Assembly (NCBI GenBank): GCA_965214095.1
Contig: OZ243938.1
Coordinates: 4,224,001-4,288,000 of the forward strand
Direction of reading: 5' to 3'
DNA length: 64,000 nucleotides
Source of the DNA: Candidatus Poribacteria bacterium
GTDB lineage: Bacteria > Poribacteria > WGA-4E > WGA-3G
In this document: in pieces, positions 9,249 to 20,553 of the stretch
Numbering within the stretch: position 1 is the stretch's first letter
Layout: each line of letters opens with the position of its first letter
The notes under the pieces: generated by a model
Databases searched by the model: none
What the model was told of the DNA's origin: nothing
What the model saw: only the letters and a program-made list of their open reading frames with translations
Made by a program: the position numbers and the translations under genes

Positions 9249-10571
9249 GTGGAAAAAACTTGTATCAATGTAGGCATTTTAGGATGGGGAACAGTCGGTA
9301 CCGGTGTATCAAAAATACTGGTTAACCAGAATACCCTTATATCTAAGAATAATAATATACAATTAAACCTAAAGAAAGTAGTAAAACGGACACTTCCTGC
9401 CATACGTGAAGGGATAGATCTTCCGTCTGACTGTCTAACCACTGACCCAAACGAAGTCGTTGATAACCCGGAAATTGATATTGTCGTTGAACTTATCGGT
9501 GGTGTTTCAGATGCATATTCACTCATGAAACGTGCAATCCAGAACGGAAAACATATTGTGACTGCAAACAAGGCACTGTTAGCTGAGCAAGGCAGTGACC
9601 TATTCCAATTAGCACAGAAACATCGGGTGAGTCTTAATTTTGAAGCGAGTACCGCAGGTGGTATTCCGATTATAAAAACGCTTCAAGAGAGTTTCACTGC
9701 CAATCAGATACAATCGCTCTGTGGGATCGTCAACGGGACTTGTAACTACATTCTAACAGAAATGAGTGAAGTAGGCGTTGAATATATGGATGTCTTATCG
9801 GCAGCACAAGAAAAAGGTTATGCAGAAGCGGATCCGACGATGGATGTTGAAGGAATTGATGCAGCTCAAAAGTTGTCGTTGCTTATTGCGCTTGCTTATG
9901 GTGTGAATATTTCAGTTGAACAATTTTATGTTGAAGGAATTACAGACATTTCACAGAAAGAGATTCAATATGCCCGCGAACTGGGGTATGCAATAAAACT
10001 ACTTGCAATTGCTAAGTTAACTGATGACAATCGTGTTGAAGCAAGGGTGCATCCCACGCTATTGCCAGAACGGAGTTTATTGGCGAATGTTGGTGGTCCC
10101 TTTAATGCAGTCTGTGTAATAGGTTCAGCGGTTGGTCCGACGCTTTTTTATGGACAAGGTGCGGGTGAAATGCCCACAGCCAGTGCAGTTGTTGCAGATA
10201 TTATTGATGCTGCAAAAGCAATTCAATCAGGTGTAAATGCTCCGATCTCACAAGCTTGGCTTGAGAAATCGCACACTGAAATCAGTGTTTGCTCTATTGA
10301 AGATATTGAAACGCGCTACTACTTACGTTTTGTGGTAATTGATCGGCCGGGGGTTTTAGCAAGCATCTGTAGCATCTTAGGGAACTGTAATATTAGTATC
10401 GCCTCAGTAATTCAAAAGGAACCGCACTGTACCGAAACTGTTTCACTTATGATGTTGACGCATAAAGCCAGAGAAGAGGACATGCAAACTGCACTTAAAC
10501 AGATTTATACACTTGAAGTTGTTAAAGGTGATGCAAAACTGATTAGAATTGAAGAAGAAGTAGCATTTTAA
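9249..10571 (+). CDS. hom: Homoserine dehydrogenase with C-terminal ACT domain
   Basis: GWGTVGTG, VTANKA, EASTAGGIP, NGTCNYIL, GYAEADP, DRPGVLA; start moved to GTG 9249 to avoid the tRNA. Confidence 0.93.
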   Translation: MEKTCINVGILGWGTVGTGVSKILVNQNTLISKNNNIQLNLKKVVKRTLPAIREGIDLPSDCLTTDPNEVVDNPEIDIVVELIGGVSDAYSLMKRAIQNGKHIVTANKALLAEQGSDLFQLAQKHRVSLNFEASTAGGIPIIKTLQESFTANQIQSLCGIVNGTCNYILTEMSEVGVEYMDVLSAAQEKGYAEADPTMDVEGIDAAQKLSLLIALAYGVNISVEQFYVEGITDISQKEIQYARELGYAIKLLAIAKLTDDNRVEARVHPTLLPERSLLANVGGPFNAVCVIGSAVGPTLFYGQGAGEMPTASAVVADIIDAAKAIQSGVNAPISQAWLEKSHTEISVCSIEDIETRYYLRFVVIDRPGVLASICSILGNCNISIASVIQKEPHCTETVSLMMLTHKAREEDMQTALKQIYTLEVVKGDAKLIRIEEEVAF

Positions 10572-10587
10572 ATGCAATAGTCAAACA

Positions 10588-11163
10588 ATGAAACACGCGT
10601 TGGTTTTTGACGTAAGAAACATACATGATGGGGTTTTTAATTCACATGATGTGGATATCCCTGTTTCACATTTTGATTTTGAATTAGAAGAGGTGCAATT
10701 TACCAGTTCTGTCCGCGGCAATGTTGTGTTGTTGCGTCATGGAGAGGCTGATGTTTATGTGAAGTCTGAGGTAATTACTGATATTGAGATGCAATGTGGT
10801 AAATGCCTTGAGACGTTCATAACCGATATTGAAGCAACTTTTGAAGTTCAGTTCACACCGAGTGACAAGTCTGATCAGATTGAATCTGAGTATATTGAAG
10901 AGGGAGAACGTTACTATGATGGTGAATCACTGGACATTTCTGAAGATACACGAAGGGCATTAATCTTACAAATTCCTATCTGGGCACTCTGTTCAGAAAT
11001 GTGTGAAGGTTTATGTTTTCAGTGTGGTGTAAATCTTAATGAGGAGAAATGCACCTGTGAAGAATCAGGTGTGTTTGAAACTGATTCTTCTGAAGTGACT
11101 TCACCTTTTGCAGAACTATCACAATTGTTAGAAGCAGGAAAATTGGAAAGCAAATCTAAGTAA
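10588..11163 (+). CDS. yceD: DUF177/YceD family protein
   Basis: CGKCL and [14 protein letters not shown] motifs; directly upstream of rpmF. Confidence 0.88.
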   Translation: MKHALVFDVRNIHDGVFNSHDVDIPVSHFDFELEEVQFTSSVRGNVVLLRHGEADVYVKSEVITDIEMQCGKCLETFITDIEATFEVQFTPSDKSDQIESEYIEEGERYYDGESLDISEDTRRALILQIPIWALCSEMCEGLCFQCGVNLNEEKCTCEESGVFETDSSEVTSPFAELSQLLEAGKLESKSK

Positions 11164-11191
11164 AAGAAACATAAGGAGAATTACCCGAATA

Positions 11192-11383
11192 ATGGCACAT
11201 CCGAAACGTAAAACATCAAAATCCAAGAAAAGAATGAGACGGAGTCATCATGCACTCTCAAGTCAGGTGATAACAGACTGTTCATACTGCGGAGAAATGA
11301 TGGTTTCACACAGAGTCTGTACCCATTGTGGACACTACAAAGGACGGTCAGTGTTTAAATCAACAGAAGAACAGGATAGTTAA
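11192..11383 (+). CDS. rpmF: 50S ribosomal protein L32
   Basis: [19 protein letters not shown], CxxC..HRVCxxCG. Confidence 0.96.
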   Translation: MAHPKRKTSKSKKRMRRSHHALSSQVITDCSYCGEMMVSHRVCTHCGHYKGRSVFKSTEEQDS

Positions 11384-11470
11384 GATTAATTTGTCTCAAC
11401 TCATGCCGTGTTACACAGATACTATTTTTTATGTATTGTCGTATTAATCAGCTGAAAAGGATTCTTTACA

Positions 11471-12460
11471 ATGAATCGATATGCAACAATCACAGGGACG
11501 GGTTCTTATCTGCCTGAAACCGTATTATCAAATTCTGATCTTGAAAAAATGGTGGATACCAGTGATGAATGGATTCGCCAACGTACTGGAATTGTTGAAC
11601 GAAGAATTGCAGAAGATGACATCGCTACTTCAGACTTAAGTGTGTGTGCTGCTCGCTTAGCAATCAAGAGAGCACAAGTAGATCCTCTTGACATACAGAT
11701 GATCCTTGTTGCTACAGTGACACCTGATACTTTTTTCCCTTCAACTGCTTGTTATGTTCAAAAAGGGATAGGTGCGAAAAATGCCTCCGCAATGGATATA
11801 TCCGCTGCGTGTGCAGGTTTCTTGTATGGACTTGATTTAGCAAATGGATTGATTGTTTCTGGACAGTATGATACCATTCTCGTTGTTGGCGCAGAAGTCT
11901 TTAATAACATAGTTGATTGGAATGATCGCAATACTTGTGTTTTATTTGGTGATGGTGCGGGGGCTGCTGTAGTTCAAAGTACAGATGAAGAAAAAGGTAT
12001 TATCGCTTCCTATATTGGATCTGATGGTGACTATGCAGACATCGACCTACTTGGCATTCCAGCTGGCGGGTCAAGAATGCCCGTAACAACAGATGCAATA
12101 GATAACAATCTCAATAAAATAAAGATGAATGGGAGAGAAGTCTTTAAATTGGGTGTAAGGTTGATGCCAGAAGCCGCTGAGAGGGTACTAAAGAAAGCCA
12201 ATGTAAGTGTGGATGAAGTGGACATGTTAATTCCTCATCAAGCGAACTTACGTATCATTGAAGCAGTTGGTCATAGGCTTGGTGTGCCGCGCGAAAAGGT
12301 ATATGTCAACGTTGATAAATACGGTAATACCTCTGCGGCAACCGTTATCATCGCATTGGATGAAGCAATTCGGGAAGGTAGCGTTAAACCTGACGATTTA
12401 ATACTTCTGGTTACTTTCGGGGCAGGTTTGACATGGGGAAGCACGCTCCTTCGTTTGTAA
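11471..12460 (+). CDS. fabH: 3-oxoacyl-ACP synthase III
   Basis: AACAGF, PHQAN, GNTSAA, FGAGLTWG. Confidence 0.96.
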   Translation: MNRYATITGTGSYLPETVLSNSDLEKMVDTSDEWIRQRTGIVERRIAEDDIATSDLSVCAARLAIKRAQVDPLDIQMILVATVTPDTFFPSTACYVQKGIGAKNASAMDISAACAGFLYGLDLANGLIVSGQYDTILVVGAEVFNNIVDWNDRNTCVLFGDGAGAAVVQSTDEEKGIIASYIGSDGDYADIDLLGIPAGGSRMPVTTDAIDNNLNKIKMNGREVFKLGVRLMPEAAERVLKKANVSVDEVDMLIPHQANLRIIEAVGHRLGVPREKVYVNVDKYGNTSAATVIIALDEAIREGSVKPDDLILLVTFGAGLTWGSTLLRL

Positions 12461-12533
12461 TGGTTGACGGATAGAATGAAATATCCTCTAAAAATAATCA
12501 CCCACTATTTTATAGTATAATTTAGCACAGATA

Positions 12534-13472
12534 ATGACACATCTTGCATTTATTTTTCCAGGACAAGGTTCACAAAAAGTTGGGATGGGTGCTGAATTAT
12601 CAAAGACCTATCCGGTTGCATCTAAAGTTTTTGATGAAGCAGATGAGTTTTTGGGTAGGTCAATAAGTGAACTCTGTTTTGAAGGACCGGAATCAGAATT
12701 AAAACAGACTGAAAACACGCAACTCGCGATTTTAACTTGTAGTGTAGCAACATTAAGAGTATTGACTGGAGAAGGAATTTGCCCAAGAGTTGTTGCAGGA
12801 CATAGTTTAGGAGAGTATTCCGCACTTGTAGCCGCGGGTGTTCTTGACTTTACGGATGCATTAAGATTAGTCAAGGCACGTGCACAATTCATGGCAGAAG
12901 CTGGAGAACAAGAGAATGGCACAATGGCAGCTATACTTGGCATGCCGCCTGAACAACTCCAAGATATAATCAATCAGGTTGATGGCGTAGTAGAGATTGC
13001 CAACTACAACTGCCCTGGACAATTAGTAATTTCAGGTGAAACTGAGGCAGTTAACGAAGCAGTTGCACTTGCCTCAGAGGAAATTGGAGCAAGGAGATGT
13101 CGTCCATTACAAGTGAGCGGTGCGTTTCATTCGCCATTGATGGAATCTGCGCAAGAAAAATATAGGTCTGTGATTGAATCGGTGGCGTTTAAACCATTAC
13201 GAACTGATATTGTGATGAACGTAACAGGCGCGTATGTAACTGATATAGATGACATCAAAGGTTTGCTATTGCAGCAGATAATTGAGCCAGTGCAATGGGA
13301 AAAAACACTAAACTCGATTGAAGAACATGAAATCACAGATTTTATTGAAGTTGGTCCGGGAATAGTTCTATCAGGATTAGTAAAGCGAACCCTACCTGAT
13401 AGTTCAGTATTGAATGTTGAAGATGTTAAAACACTTTCGCGCATTACAGATGAATATGGAAATGGTGCATAA
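12534..13472 (+). CDS. fabD: Malonyl-CoA:ACP transacylase
   Basis: FPGQGSQ, GHSLGEY, GAFHS, EVGPG. Confidence 0.96.
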   Translation: MTHLAFIFPGQGSQKVGMGAELSKTYPVASKVFDEADEFLGRSISELCFEGPESELKQTENTQLAILTCSVATLRVLTGEGICPRVVAGHSLGEYSALVAAGVLDFTDALRLVKARAQFMAEAGEQENGTMAAILGMPPEQLQDIINQVDGVVEIANYNCPGQLVISGETEAVNEAVALASEEIGARRCRPLQVSGAFHSPLMESAQEKYRSVIESVAFKPLRTDIVMNVTGAYVTDIDDIKGLLLQQIIEPVQWEKTLNSIEEHEITDFIEVGPGIVLSGLVKRTLPDSSVLNVEDVKTLSRITDEYGNGA

Positions 13473-14249
13473 ATGGATCAAAAAACTGACCAATGTGTAT
13501 TTAACGCAGATATGCTTAGTGGGAAAACCGCGATTGTAACTGGTGCATCTCGCGGTATTGGTGCTGCAATTGCACACAGATTATGTGAAGTAGGGGCAAA
13601 TGTCGTTATCTGTTCACGTTCAACAGAGAGTGTTTCTCAAACTGCAACGGCATTGGAAGGTGAGGGGTACACCGTACACGCAATTGCTGCAGACATATCA
13701 AAAAAGGAAGACGTTGATACACTTGTTGATGAGACGATCAACCAGTTTTCGCAAGTTGATATCCTTGTAAATAATGCAGGCATAACACGCGATATGTTAC
13801 TGATGCGGCTGAAAGATGAAGACTGGGATGCAGTGTTACAGACAAATCTCACTGGCACAATGTATTGTACACGTGCTGTACTTCGTCCGATGATACGCCA
13901 GAAAAATGGACGTATCATCAATATCTCGTCAGTCATCGGATTGATGGGAAATCCTGGACAAGCAAGTTATGCCGCAGCAAAAGCAGGTATTCTTGGACTT
14001 ACAAAGACTACAGCAAAAGAAGTAGGTACTCGCGGTATCACCGTAAACGCAATTGCTCCTGGATTTATTACAACAGACATGACAGCGAAAATACCTGAAG
14101 AATTTCAGAATAGGCTTTTAGAACTCATACCCTTACAAAACTTTGGCACACCGGAGGACGTTGCAGACACTGTTTGCTTTTTAGCTTCCGATGCAGCACG
14201 TTATATCACTGGACAAACCATTCAGGTTGACGGTGGTATGGTGATGTAA
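13473..14249 (+). CDS. fabG: 3-oxoacyl-ACP reductase
   Basis: TGASRGIG, NNAGITRD, YAAAK, VDGGM. Confidence 0.95.
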   Translation: MDQKTDQCVFNADMLSGKTAIVTGASRGIGAAIAHRLCEVGANVVICSRSTESVSQTATALEGEGYTVHAIAADISKKEDVDTLVDETINQFSQVDILVNNAGITRDMLLMRLKDEDWDAVLQTNLTGTMYCTRAVLRPMIRQKNGRIINISSVIGLMGNPGQASYAAAKAGILGLTKTTAKEVGTRGITVNAIAPGFITTDMTAKIPEEFQNRLLELIPLQNFGTPEDVADTVCFLASDAARYITGQTIQVDGGMVM

Positions 14250-14274
14250 CGTTTATTTTAATTTAATAACTTCT

Positions 14275-14319
14275 GTGGAGATACGATATATATATATATA
14301 TATATATTGTGATATCCAC
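14275..14319. repeat. (AT)11 microsatellite at the centre of an imperfect palindrome
   Basis: GTGGAGATACG-(AT)11-TGTGATATCCAC; AT run 14286-14307. Confidence 0.8.
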
Positions 14320-14346
14320 TCTTAAAATAGGAGATGTAAAAACAAA

Positions 14347-14580
14347 ATGGCAACAAACGAAGAACGGCTTATTGAAATTATTTCTAACCAACTCGGTGTT
14401 GGATCAGATAACGTTACACCAGATGCGTCTTTTATGGAAGACTTGGGTGCTGACTCACTTGATACCGTTGAATTAGTTATGGCACTTGAAGAAGAATTTG
14501 ACCTTGAAATTCCGGACAGTGATGCTGAAAAGATACAAACTGTTCAGGATGCGCTTGATTACTTAGATGAGCATGTATAA
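14347..14580 (+). CDS. acpP: Acyl carrier protein
   Basis: [20 protein letters not shown]. Confidence 0.97.
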   Translation: MATNEERLIEIISNQLGVGSDNVTPDASFMEDLGADSLDTVELVMALEEEFDLEIPDSDAEKIQTVQDALDYLDEHV

Positions 14581-14663
14581 TTTAGCATTAGCGTATTAAA
14601 TGTTGAGGGTAAGTAATGTCTAATTACTGCCCTCCTAACCTACTTTCAAAAAGGATCGATCTC

Positions 14664-15902
14664 GTGGAGCGAGTAGTAATAACAGGAATTGGTGTTGTCA
14701 ATGCGATTGGCAATACGAAAGAAGAATATTGGGATGCGCTTGCTAACGGTAAAAACGGTATCGGGCCTTTAACCGGTTTTGATGCAAGCGAATATCGTAC
14801 TCAGGTCGCCGCACAAGTCAAGGATTTTCAGGCGGAAAAGTATCTGGATAAGAAATCCGCATCGCGTTTTCCGCTCTTCATCCAATATGCCCTCGCTGCT
14901 TCCATGATGGCACATGATGACTCTGGTTTGGATATGACCAAAGTTGATCCTTATCGTGCGGGGGTGCAAATCGGGTCTGGTGTCGGTGGGATAGGTGTAC
15001 TTGAGGAGAACGCTAAAATCCTAATTGAAAAAGGACCTAAACGCGTTAGTCCGTTTCTTGTGCCGTTTATGATAATTAATATGGCATCAGGACAAGTTTC
15101 TATCCATTTCGACCTCAGAGGTCCGAATTCTGCATCTGTTACCGCTTGTGCAACCTCTAACCATTCCATCGGTGAATCCTTGCGGTTGATACAACATGGA
15201 TATGCAGATGTTATGTTTACCGGTGGGGCAGAATCCGCGATTACACCTTTAGCTTTTGCTGGTTTCTGTTCAATGCGCGCAATGTCTGAACGGAACGATG
15301 ATCCTGCTACAGCATCCCGTCCATTTGACAAAGAGCGGGACGGATTTGTGATGGGTGAAGGTGCTGGTGTGTTAATCCTTGAATCACTATCACACGCTAA
15401 GGAACGTGGAGCACACATCTATGCTGAAATTGTAGGTTTCGGTATGACTTCGGATGCTCATGATATGGTTAGTCCGCCAACAAATGGTGAAGGTGCTGCC
15501 AAAGCGATGGAATTTGCATTAAGTGATGCCAAACTTACAACAGAAACTGTTGATTATATCAATGTACATGGCACATCCACACCACAAGGTGATATAGCAG
15601 AGACAAACGCTATAAAATCGCTCTTCCGAGAGAGGGCATACGAAGTTCCAATTAGTTCTACAAAATCTATGGTGGGACATCTCCTCGGTGCTGCAGGTGC
15701 AGTTGAACTTATTGGATGTATAGGAGCAATGCAAAAAAGTTTTATTCCTCCTACGATCAATTACCAAGTACCAGATGAGGACTGTGATTTAGATTGTGTT
15801 CCGAACGAGAGTCGTGATGCAAGGGTTGAGGTAGCGATCTCCAATGCATTCGGTTTCGGTGGACATAACACATGTTTAGTTGTCCGTAATTTTTCCGATT
15901 AG
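14664..15902 (+). CDS. fabF: 3-oxoacyl-ACP synthase II
   Basis: [33 protein letters not shown]; GTG start 14664 preferred. Confidence 0.95.
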   Translation: MERVVITGIGVVNAIGNTKEEYWDALANGKNGIGPLTGFDASEYRTQVAAQVKDFQAEKYLDKKSASRFPLFIQYALAASMMAHDDSGLDMTKVDPYRAGVQIGSGVGGIGVLEENAKILIEKGPKRVSPFLVPFMIINMASGQVSIHFDLRGPNSASVTACATSNHSIGESLRLIQHGYADVMFTGGAESAITPLAFAGFCSMRAMSERNDDPATASRPFDKERDGFVMGEGAGVLILESLSHAKERGAHIYAEIVGFGMTSDAHDMVSPPTNGEGAAKAMEFALSDAKLTTETVDYINVHGTSTPQGDIAETNAIKSLFRERAYEVPISSTKSMVGHLLGAAGAVELIGCIGAMQKSFIPPTINYQVPDEDCDLDCVPNESRDARVEVAISNAFGFGGHNTCLVVRNFSD

Positions 15903-15942
15903 TTGATAGATTTTCATAACCCTCCACCACATCTTAATTCCT

Positions 15943-16452
15943 GTGCATACAACATATATCGGCTTCGGTAGCAACATTGATGATAGACTTTCCTTTATCA
16001 GAAATGCGCTTCGTCTCTTATCTCAGGTAGATGGCATTATCGTAAAAGAGATCTCTTCTCTATATGAAACAGATCCTGTTGGTTACGAAGAACAGGAGAA
16101 GTTTCTAAATGGTGTTGTTGCAGTAGAAACGCACCTTTCCCCACACACATTGCTAAAGACTCTAAAAGATATTGAAACGAATGTTGGTAGACAACACCGG
16201 GCGCGTTGGAGACCAAGGGAGATAGATATGGATGTGTTGATCTATGGAGAGATGTGTCTCCATACACCTGAACTTATTATTCCACATCCAGAGATGCATA
16301 ACCGCCGTTTTGTGCTTGTTCCATTAGTGGAGATTGCACCTGACCTTGTGCATCCTGTGCTAAACGAGACTATCCAATTTCTGCTTAATCGTCTTGAGGA
16401 TGATTATTCACTAGAAAAAATCAAAGAACATGATTTCATTTCAGATTTATAG
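15943..16452 (+). CDS. folK: 2-amino-4-hydroxy-6-hydroxymethyldihydropteridine diphosphokinase
   Basis: [32 protein letters not shown]. Confidence 0.93.
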   Translation: MHTTYIGFGSNIDDRLSFIRNALRLLSQVDGIIVKEISSLYETDPVGYEEQEKFLNGVVAVETHLSPHTLLKTLKDIETNVGRQHRARWRPREIDMDVLIYGEMCLHTPELIIPHPEMHNRRFVLVPLVEIAPDLVHPVLNETIQFLLNRLEDDYSLEKIKEHDFISDL

Positions 16453-16510
16453 CATAGACTTCCATACAATTTTCTGATATAATTCTCTAAGCACTTAGAG
16501 GAGAATAGAT

Positions 16511-18106
16511 ATGCGCTGGTTTGAAACACGTGGCCCCATATATCCTGAGGATAACTATTTTGTTTCCCGTACGAAAGAGGTAGAGGATTTTGCAGCTCGT
16601 TTGGAAATGGGTCGGTATATTGTCCTTTTTGCCCCGCGTCAAACAGGGAAAACCACTTTATTCCGTAATGCCCTTGATAATCTTGAAGAAAAAGAGAATG
16701 GTTATATCCCAATACAACTAAATTTTGAAATGTATGTGGATATTTCCGAATCCTCCTTTTACAAATATTTTAACGATGATCTTCCTGCGAAAATAAAGAG
16801 TGTTCTTGAAAATAGAGGAAATGAATTATCTGAAGAATTAACTAATTTTTTGAATACATCTAAGTTTACCGATCATACAACAATGGGAAGATTCTTTGAA
16901 AAACTGGGACACTTGTTGAGTGATCAACGGTTAGTCATAATTATTGACGAATTTGATGCTATCCCACCTGATGCTCTAAGAGGATTTCTACACACCCTCC
17001 GTCAAATCTATCTCTCTGGAAAAGAGAGGTGTCCATACAGTGTTGGTATCGTTGGTGTCAAAAACATAACACAACTCAATTATGACCGTTCAATATCCCC
17101 TTTCAATATTCAAGATGAATTTAGATTGTCTAATTTCTTACTGGAACAAGTTCAGGAATTGTTATCACAATATACTGAAGAAATTGGACAACCTTTTGAA
17201 TCAGAGGTTATTTCTTCTATCCACAAACAGACCGCAGGTCAACCCGTTCTTGTCAACCGATTTGCTCAAATACTTACCGAAGAAATGGATATCCCGAAAA
17301 CTGAATCGATTACAATGGAACACTTTTCTGAAGCACACATAAAACTACTACGCGAAAGAAATACAAATATAGATCATCTGATAACAAATATCCGAAGAGA
17401 TAGAAGATTTGAAAAACTTCTTATGAAGATTGCTTCTTATGATGATGGTGTCGAATTTAACTTGGACAGTGACCTAATTAGTGAACTTGCGATTTATGGA
17501 GTTATTTCTGAAGGTGCTGATGGAAGTTGTGAAATTGTAAATCCCATTTATCAGTATCGCATTATTAGAGCCTTTAAACCGATCGTAAACGGACTTGAGC
17601 AGGATTATCTACCACAAGACAAACCGATAGATTTCGATGATTTTCTCACAGCGGATGGACATATTCAGATGGATGCTGTCATGGATAACTTTCGAGATTT
17701 TATTGCTCGTGCTGGTTACAAGATTTTGCAGGTTCCAGACACCCCACAAGAATATGTGGGACAACACCTTCTCTTTGCATATTTGAGTCAGTTTGTGCTT
17801 ATAATTGGTGGTATGATGTATCTTGAAGTGCCGACAGGACGTGGAAGAATGGACTTGCTGATACTACATAATAACCGAAAATACATTGTTGAAACGAAAA
17901 TATGGGGTGGAGTCAACCGATATCAATCTGGGAAATCACAACTTGCTGCCTATGTGAAATCTGAGAAGGCGGTGGCAGGATATTATGTTGTGTTTGATCA
18001 TCGGAATACTCCTGAACCAAAAGATGAAACAGAAAATATAGATGGATTGTCTATACGGAGTTATGTTATTCCTGTGATACAGGAAATACCAACATCTGTA
18101 ACGTAG
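16511..18106 (+). CDS. AAA-like ATPase with C-terminal PD-(D/E)xK-type nuclease domain, copy 1
   Basis: Walker A APRQTGKTT, Walker B IIIDEFD, SPFNI, C-terminal E..GRGRMDLL..IVETK. Confidence 0.8.
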   Translation: MRWFETRGPIYPEDNYFVSRTKEVEDFAARLEMGRYIVLFAPRQTGKTTLFRNALDNLEEKENGYIPIQLNFEMYVDISESSFYKYFNDDLPAKIKSVLENRGNELSEELTNFLNTSKFTDHTTMGRFFEKLGHLLSDQRLVIIIDEFDAIPPDALRGFLHTLRQIYLSGKERCPYSVGIVGVKNITQLNYDRSISPFNIQDEFRLSNFLLEQVQELLSQYTEEIGQPFESEVISSIHKQTAGQPVLVNRFAQILTEEMDIPKTESITMEHFSEAHIKLLRERNTNIDHLITNIRRDRRFEKLLMKIASYDDGVEFNLDSDLISELAIYGVISEGADGSCEIVNPIYQYRIIRAFKPIVNGLEQDYLPQDKPIDFDDFLTADGHIQMDAVMDNFRDFIARAGYKILQVPDTPQEYVGQHLLFAYLSQFVLIIGGMMYLEVPTGRGRMDLLILHNNRKYIVETKIWGGVNRYQSGKSQLAAYVKSEKAVAGYYVVFDHRNTPEPKDETENIDGLSIRSYVIPVIQEIPTSVT

Positions 18107-18184
18107 TGCTGAAGACAGGGATATGTTATAGATTTCCATACAATTATTAATTCTAATTCTCTAAGCATTTAGAGGAGAATAGAT

Positions 18185-19780
18185 ATGCGCTGGTTTGAAA
18201 CACGTGGTCCTATTTATCCTGAGGATAACTATTTTGTTTCCCGCACGAAAGAGGTAGAGGATTTTGCAGCTCGTTTGGAAATGGGTCGGTACATTGTCCT
18301 TTTTGCCCCGCGTCAAACAGGGAAAACTACCTTATTCCGTAATGCTCTTGACAGTCTTGAAGAAAAAGAGACTGGTTACATCCCAATACAACTCAATTTT
18401 GAATCTTACGTTGATATTTCAGAATCCTCCTTTTACAAATATTTTAACGATGATCTTCTTACTAAAATAAAGATTGTTCTTGAAAATAGAGGAAATGAAT
18501 TATCTAAAGAATTAACTAATTTTTTGAATACATCTAAGTTTACCGATCATACAACAATGGGAAAGTTTTTTGAAAGACTGGGTCATTTGTTGAGTAATCA
18601 ACGACTTGTTATAATTATTGACGAATTTGATGCTATCCCACCTGATGCTCTAAGAGGATTTCTACATACCCTCCGTCAAATCTATCTCTCCGGAAGAGAA
18701 CGTTGCCCGTACAGTGTTGGTATCGTTGGTGTCAAAAACATAACACAACTCAATTATGACCGTTCAATATCCCCTTTCAATATTCAAGATGAATTTAGAT
18801 TGTCTAATTTCTCACTGGAACAAGTTCAGGAATTGTTATCACAATATACTGAAGAAGTTGGACAACCTTTTGAATCAGAAGTTATCTCTTCTATCCACAA
18901 ACAGACTGCAGGTCAACCTGTTCTTGTCAACCGATTTGCTCAAATACTTACCGAAGAAATGGATATCCCGAAAACTGAATCGATTACAATGGAACACTTT
19001 TCTGAAGCACATTTAAAACTGCTACGCGAAAGAAATACAAATGTAGATCATCTGATAACAAATATCCGAAGAGATAGAAGATTTGAAAAACTTCTTATGA
19101 AGATTGCTTCTACCGATGAACGTGTAGAATTTAGTTTATACAATGAACTCATAAGTGAACTCGCTACTTATGGTGTGGTCGTTGAAGGAACTGATAAATC
19201 GTGTGAAATCGTCAACCCAATCTATCATTATTGCATTATACAAACCTTTAGACCCGCAATAAATGGTCTTGAACAAGATTACCTGCCGGAAGAAACTAAA
19301 GACGGATTTCAAGATTTTCTCACAGCGGATGGACATATTCAGATGGATGCTGTCATGGATAACTTTCGAGATTTTATTGCTCGTGCTGGTTACAAGATTT
19401 TGCAGGTTCCAGACACCCCACAAGAATATGTGGGACAACACCTTCTCTTTGCATATTTGAGTCAGTTTGTGCTTATAATTGGTGGTATGATGTATCTTGA
19501 AGTGCCGACAGGACGTGGAAGAATGGACTTGCTGATACTACATAATAACCGAAAATACATTGTTGAAACGAAAATATGGGGTGGAGTCAACCGATATCAA
19601 TCTGGGAAATCACAACTTGCTGCCTATGTGAAATCTGAGAAGGCGGTGGCAGGATATTATGTTGTGTTTGATCATCGGAATACTCCTGAACCAAAAGATG
19701 AAACAGAAAATATAGATGGATTGTCTATACGGAGTTATGTTATTCCTGTGATACAGGAAATACCAACATCTGTAACGTAG
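18185..19780 (+). CDS. AAA-like ATPase with C-terminal PD-(D/E)xK-type nuclease domain, copy 2
   Basis: Same length (531 aa) and motifs as copy 1; upstream leader also duplicated. Confidence 0.8.
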   Translation: MRWFETRGPIYPEDNYFVSRTKEVEDFAARLEMGRYIVLFAPRQTGKTTLFRNALDSLEEKETGYIPIQLNFESYVDISESSFYKYFNDDLLTKIKIVLENRGNELSKELTNFLNTSKFTDHTTMGKFFERLGHLLSNQRLVIIIDEFDAIPPDALRGFLHTLRQIYLSGRERCPYSVGIVGVKNITQLNYDRSISPFNIQDEFRLSNFSLEQVQELLSQYTEEVGQPFESEVISSIHKQTAGQPVLVNRFAQILTEEMDIPKTESITMEHFSEAHLKLLRERNTNVDHLITNIRRDRRFEKLLMKIASTDERVEFSLYNELISELATYGVVVEGTDKSCEIVNPIYHYCIIQTFRPAINGLEQDYLPEETKDGFQDFLTADGHIQMDAVMDNFRDFIARAGYKILQVPDTPQEYVGQHLLFAYLSQFVLIIGGMMYLEVPTGRGRMDLLILHNNRKYIVETKIWGGVNRYQSGKSQLAAYVKSEKAVAGYYVVFDHRNTPEPKDETENIDGLSIRSYVIPVIQEIPTSVT

Positions 19781-19798
19781 TGTTAGAGAAAATGCCAC

Positions 19799-19827
19799 TT
19801 GATATTTCTACCACATATTGATATAAT
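19799..19827 (+). promoter_or_regulatory. Sigma70-like promoter
   Basis: TTGATA-17-TATAAT. Confidence 0.55.
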
Positions 19828-19892
19828 TTCAAGTATAGGTTGGATCAAAATAACTTTCAAGACTGAATTTGATTAAATACAGGAGAATAGTA

Positions 19893-20546
19893 ATGAAAAA
19901 GTTAATAGTAATCACAACAATTGCTCTAATCTTTGCATCAGGGATTGCAATTGCCACAAACACCCCATTCGTTAAAGGCGAGTATCTTGAAGCACGTTCA
20001 GCAAGCGTCTATGTTGGTGCATGTCATTTCGGTGCTGAATATGTAGAGGGTGGTAGAGAAGCTACACTTGTATGGAATATACATCAAGGTAATTGGAACA
20101 ACGTTACATTAGATGGATTGACCGTTGTTGCAGTTATCAGTGCTGAAGATAACTTAGCCATTGATACGAAAACTCGCAAAAGTGTACTTTATATTGACAG
20201 AAATGCCACACCAGAACAGCATGCAGCACTTTCCAATATGCTAACCACGAAACATGCAGATGTGTTAGGGAATGTAGTTGCTACACAAATCGCACCTATA
20301 TTATACTCAAAAAAGGGAACAAAATATGATGTTACGGTTGGGAAAGTTTTGACACTTTCTGTGAACCGCTATCCTTGCGCGAAATGCACACAGCCTCATC
20401 AAATCTGGTATGAAACTCTTACAAAAGTCAAGGATGCTATTGTAGGAAAATCTGAAGTCTATCAATATAAAGATACGTATCTTCCGGTTAACTGGCAACA
20501 AGGGGACGCAGCCAATAACGTTTTTGTCGGTAGTTTTTCTATGTAA
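19893..20546 (+). CDS. Secreted DUF1326-like protein
   Basis: Signal peptide MKKLIVITTIALIF; GEYLEARS..GACH pattern; AGGAG RBS. Confidence 0.65.
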   Translation: MKKLIVITTIALIFASGIAIATNTPFVKGEYLEARSASVYVGACHFGAEYVEGGREATLVWNIHQGNWNNVTLDGLTVVAVISAEDNLAIDTKTRKSVLYIDRNATPEQHAALSNMLTTKHADVLGNVVATQIAPILYSKKGTKYDVTVGKVLTLSVNRYPCAKCTQPHQIWYETLTKVKDAIVGKSEVYQYKDTYLPVNWQQGDAANNVFVGSFSM

Positions 20547-20553
20547 TTTATAG

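Noticed and set aside
9116-9571. Minus-strand 151-aa ORF, and the 9156 start for hom
   Set aside because: Both overlap the tRNA-Pro; homology to Hom begins near 9249
16511-19780. Diversity-generating retroelement (TR/VR pair)
   Set aside because: No reverse transcriptase in the window; both copies are full genes; differences are not restricted to adenines
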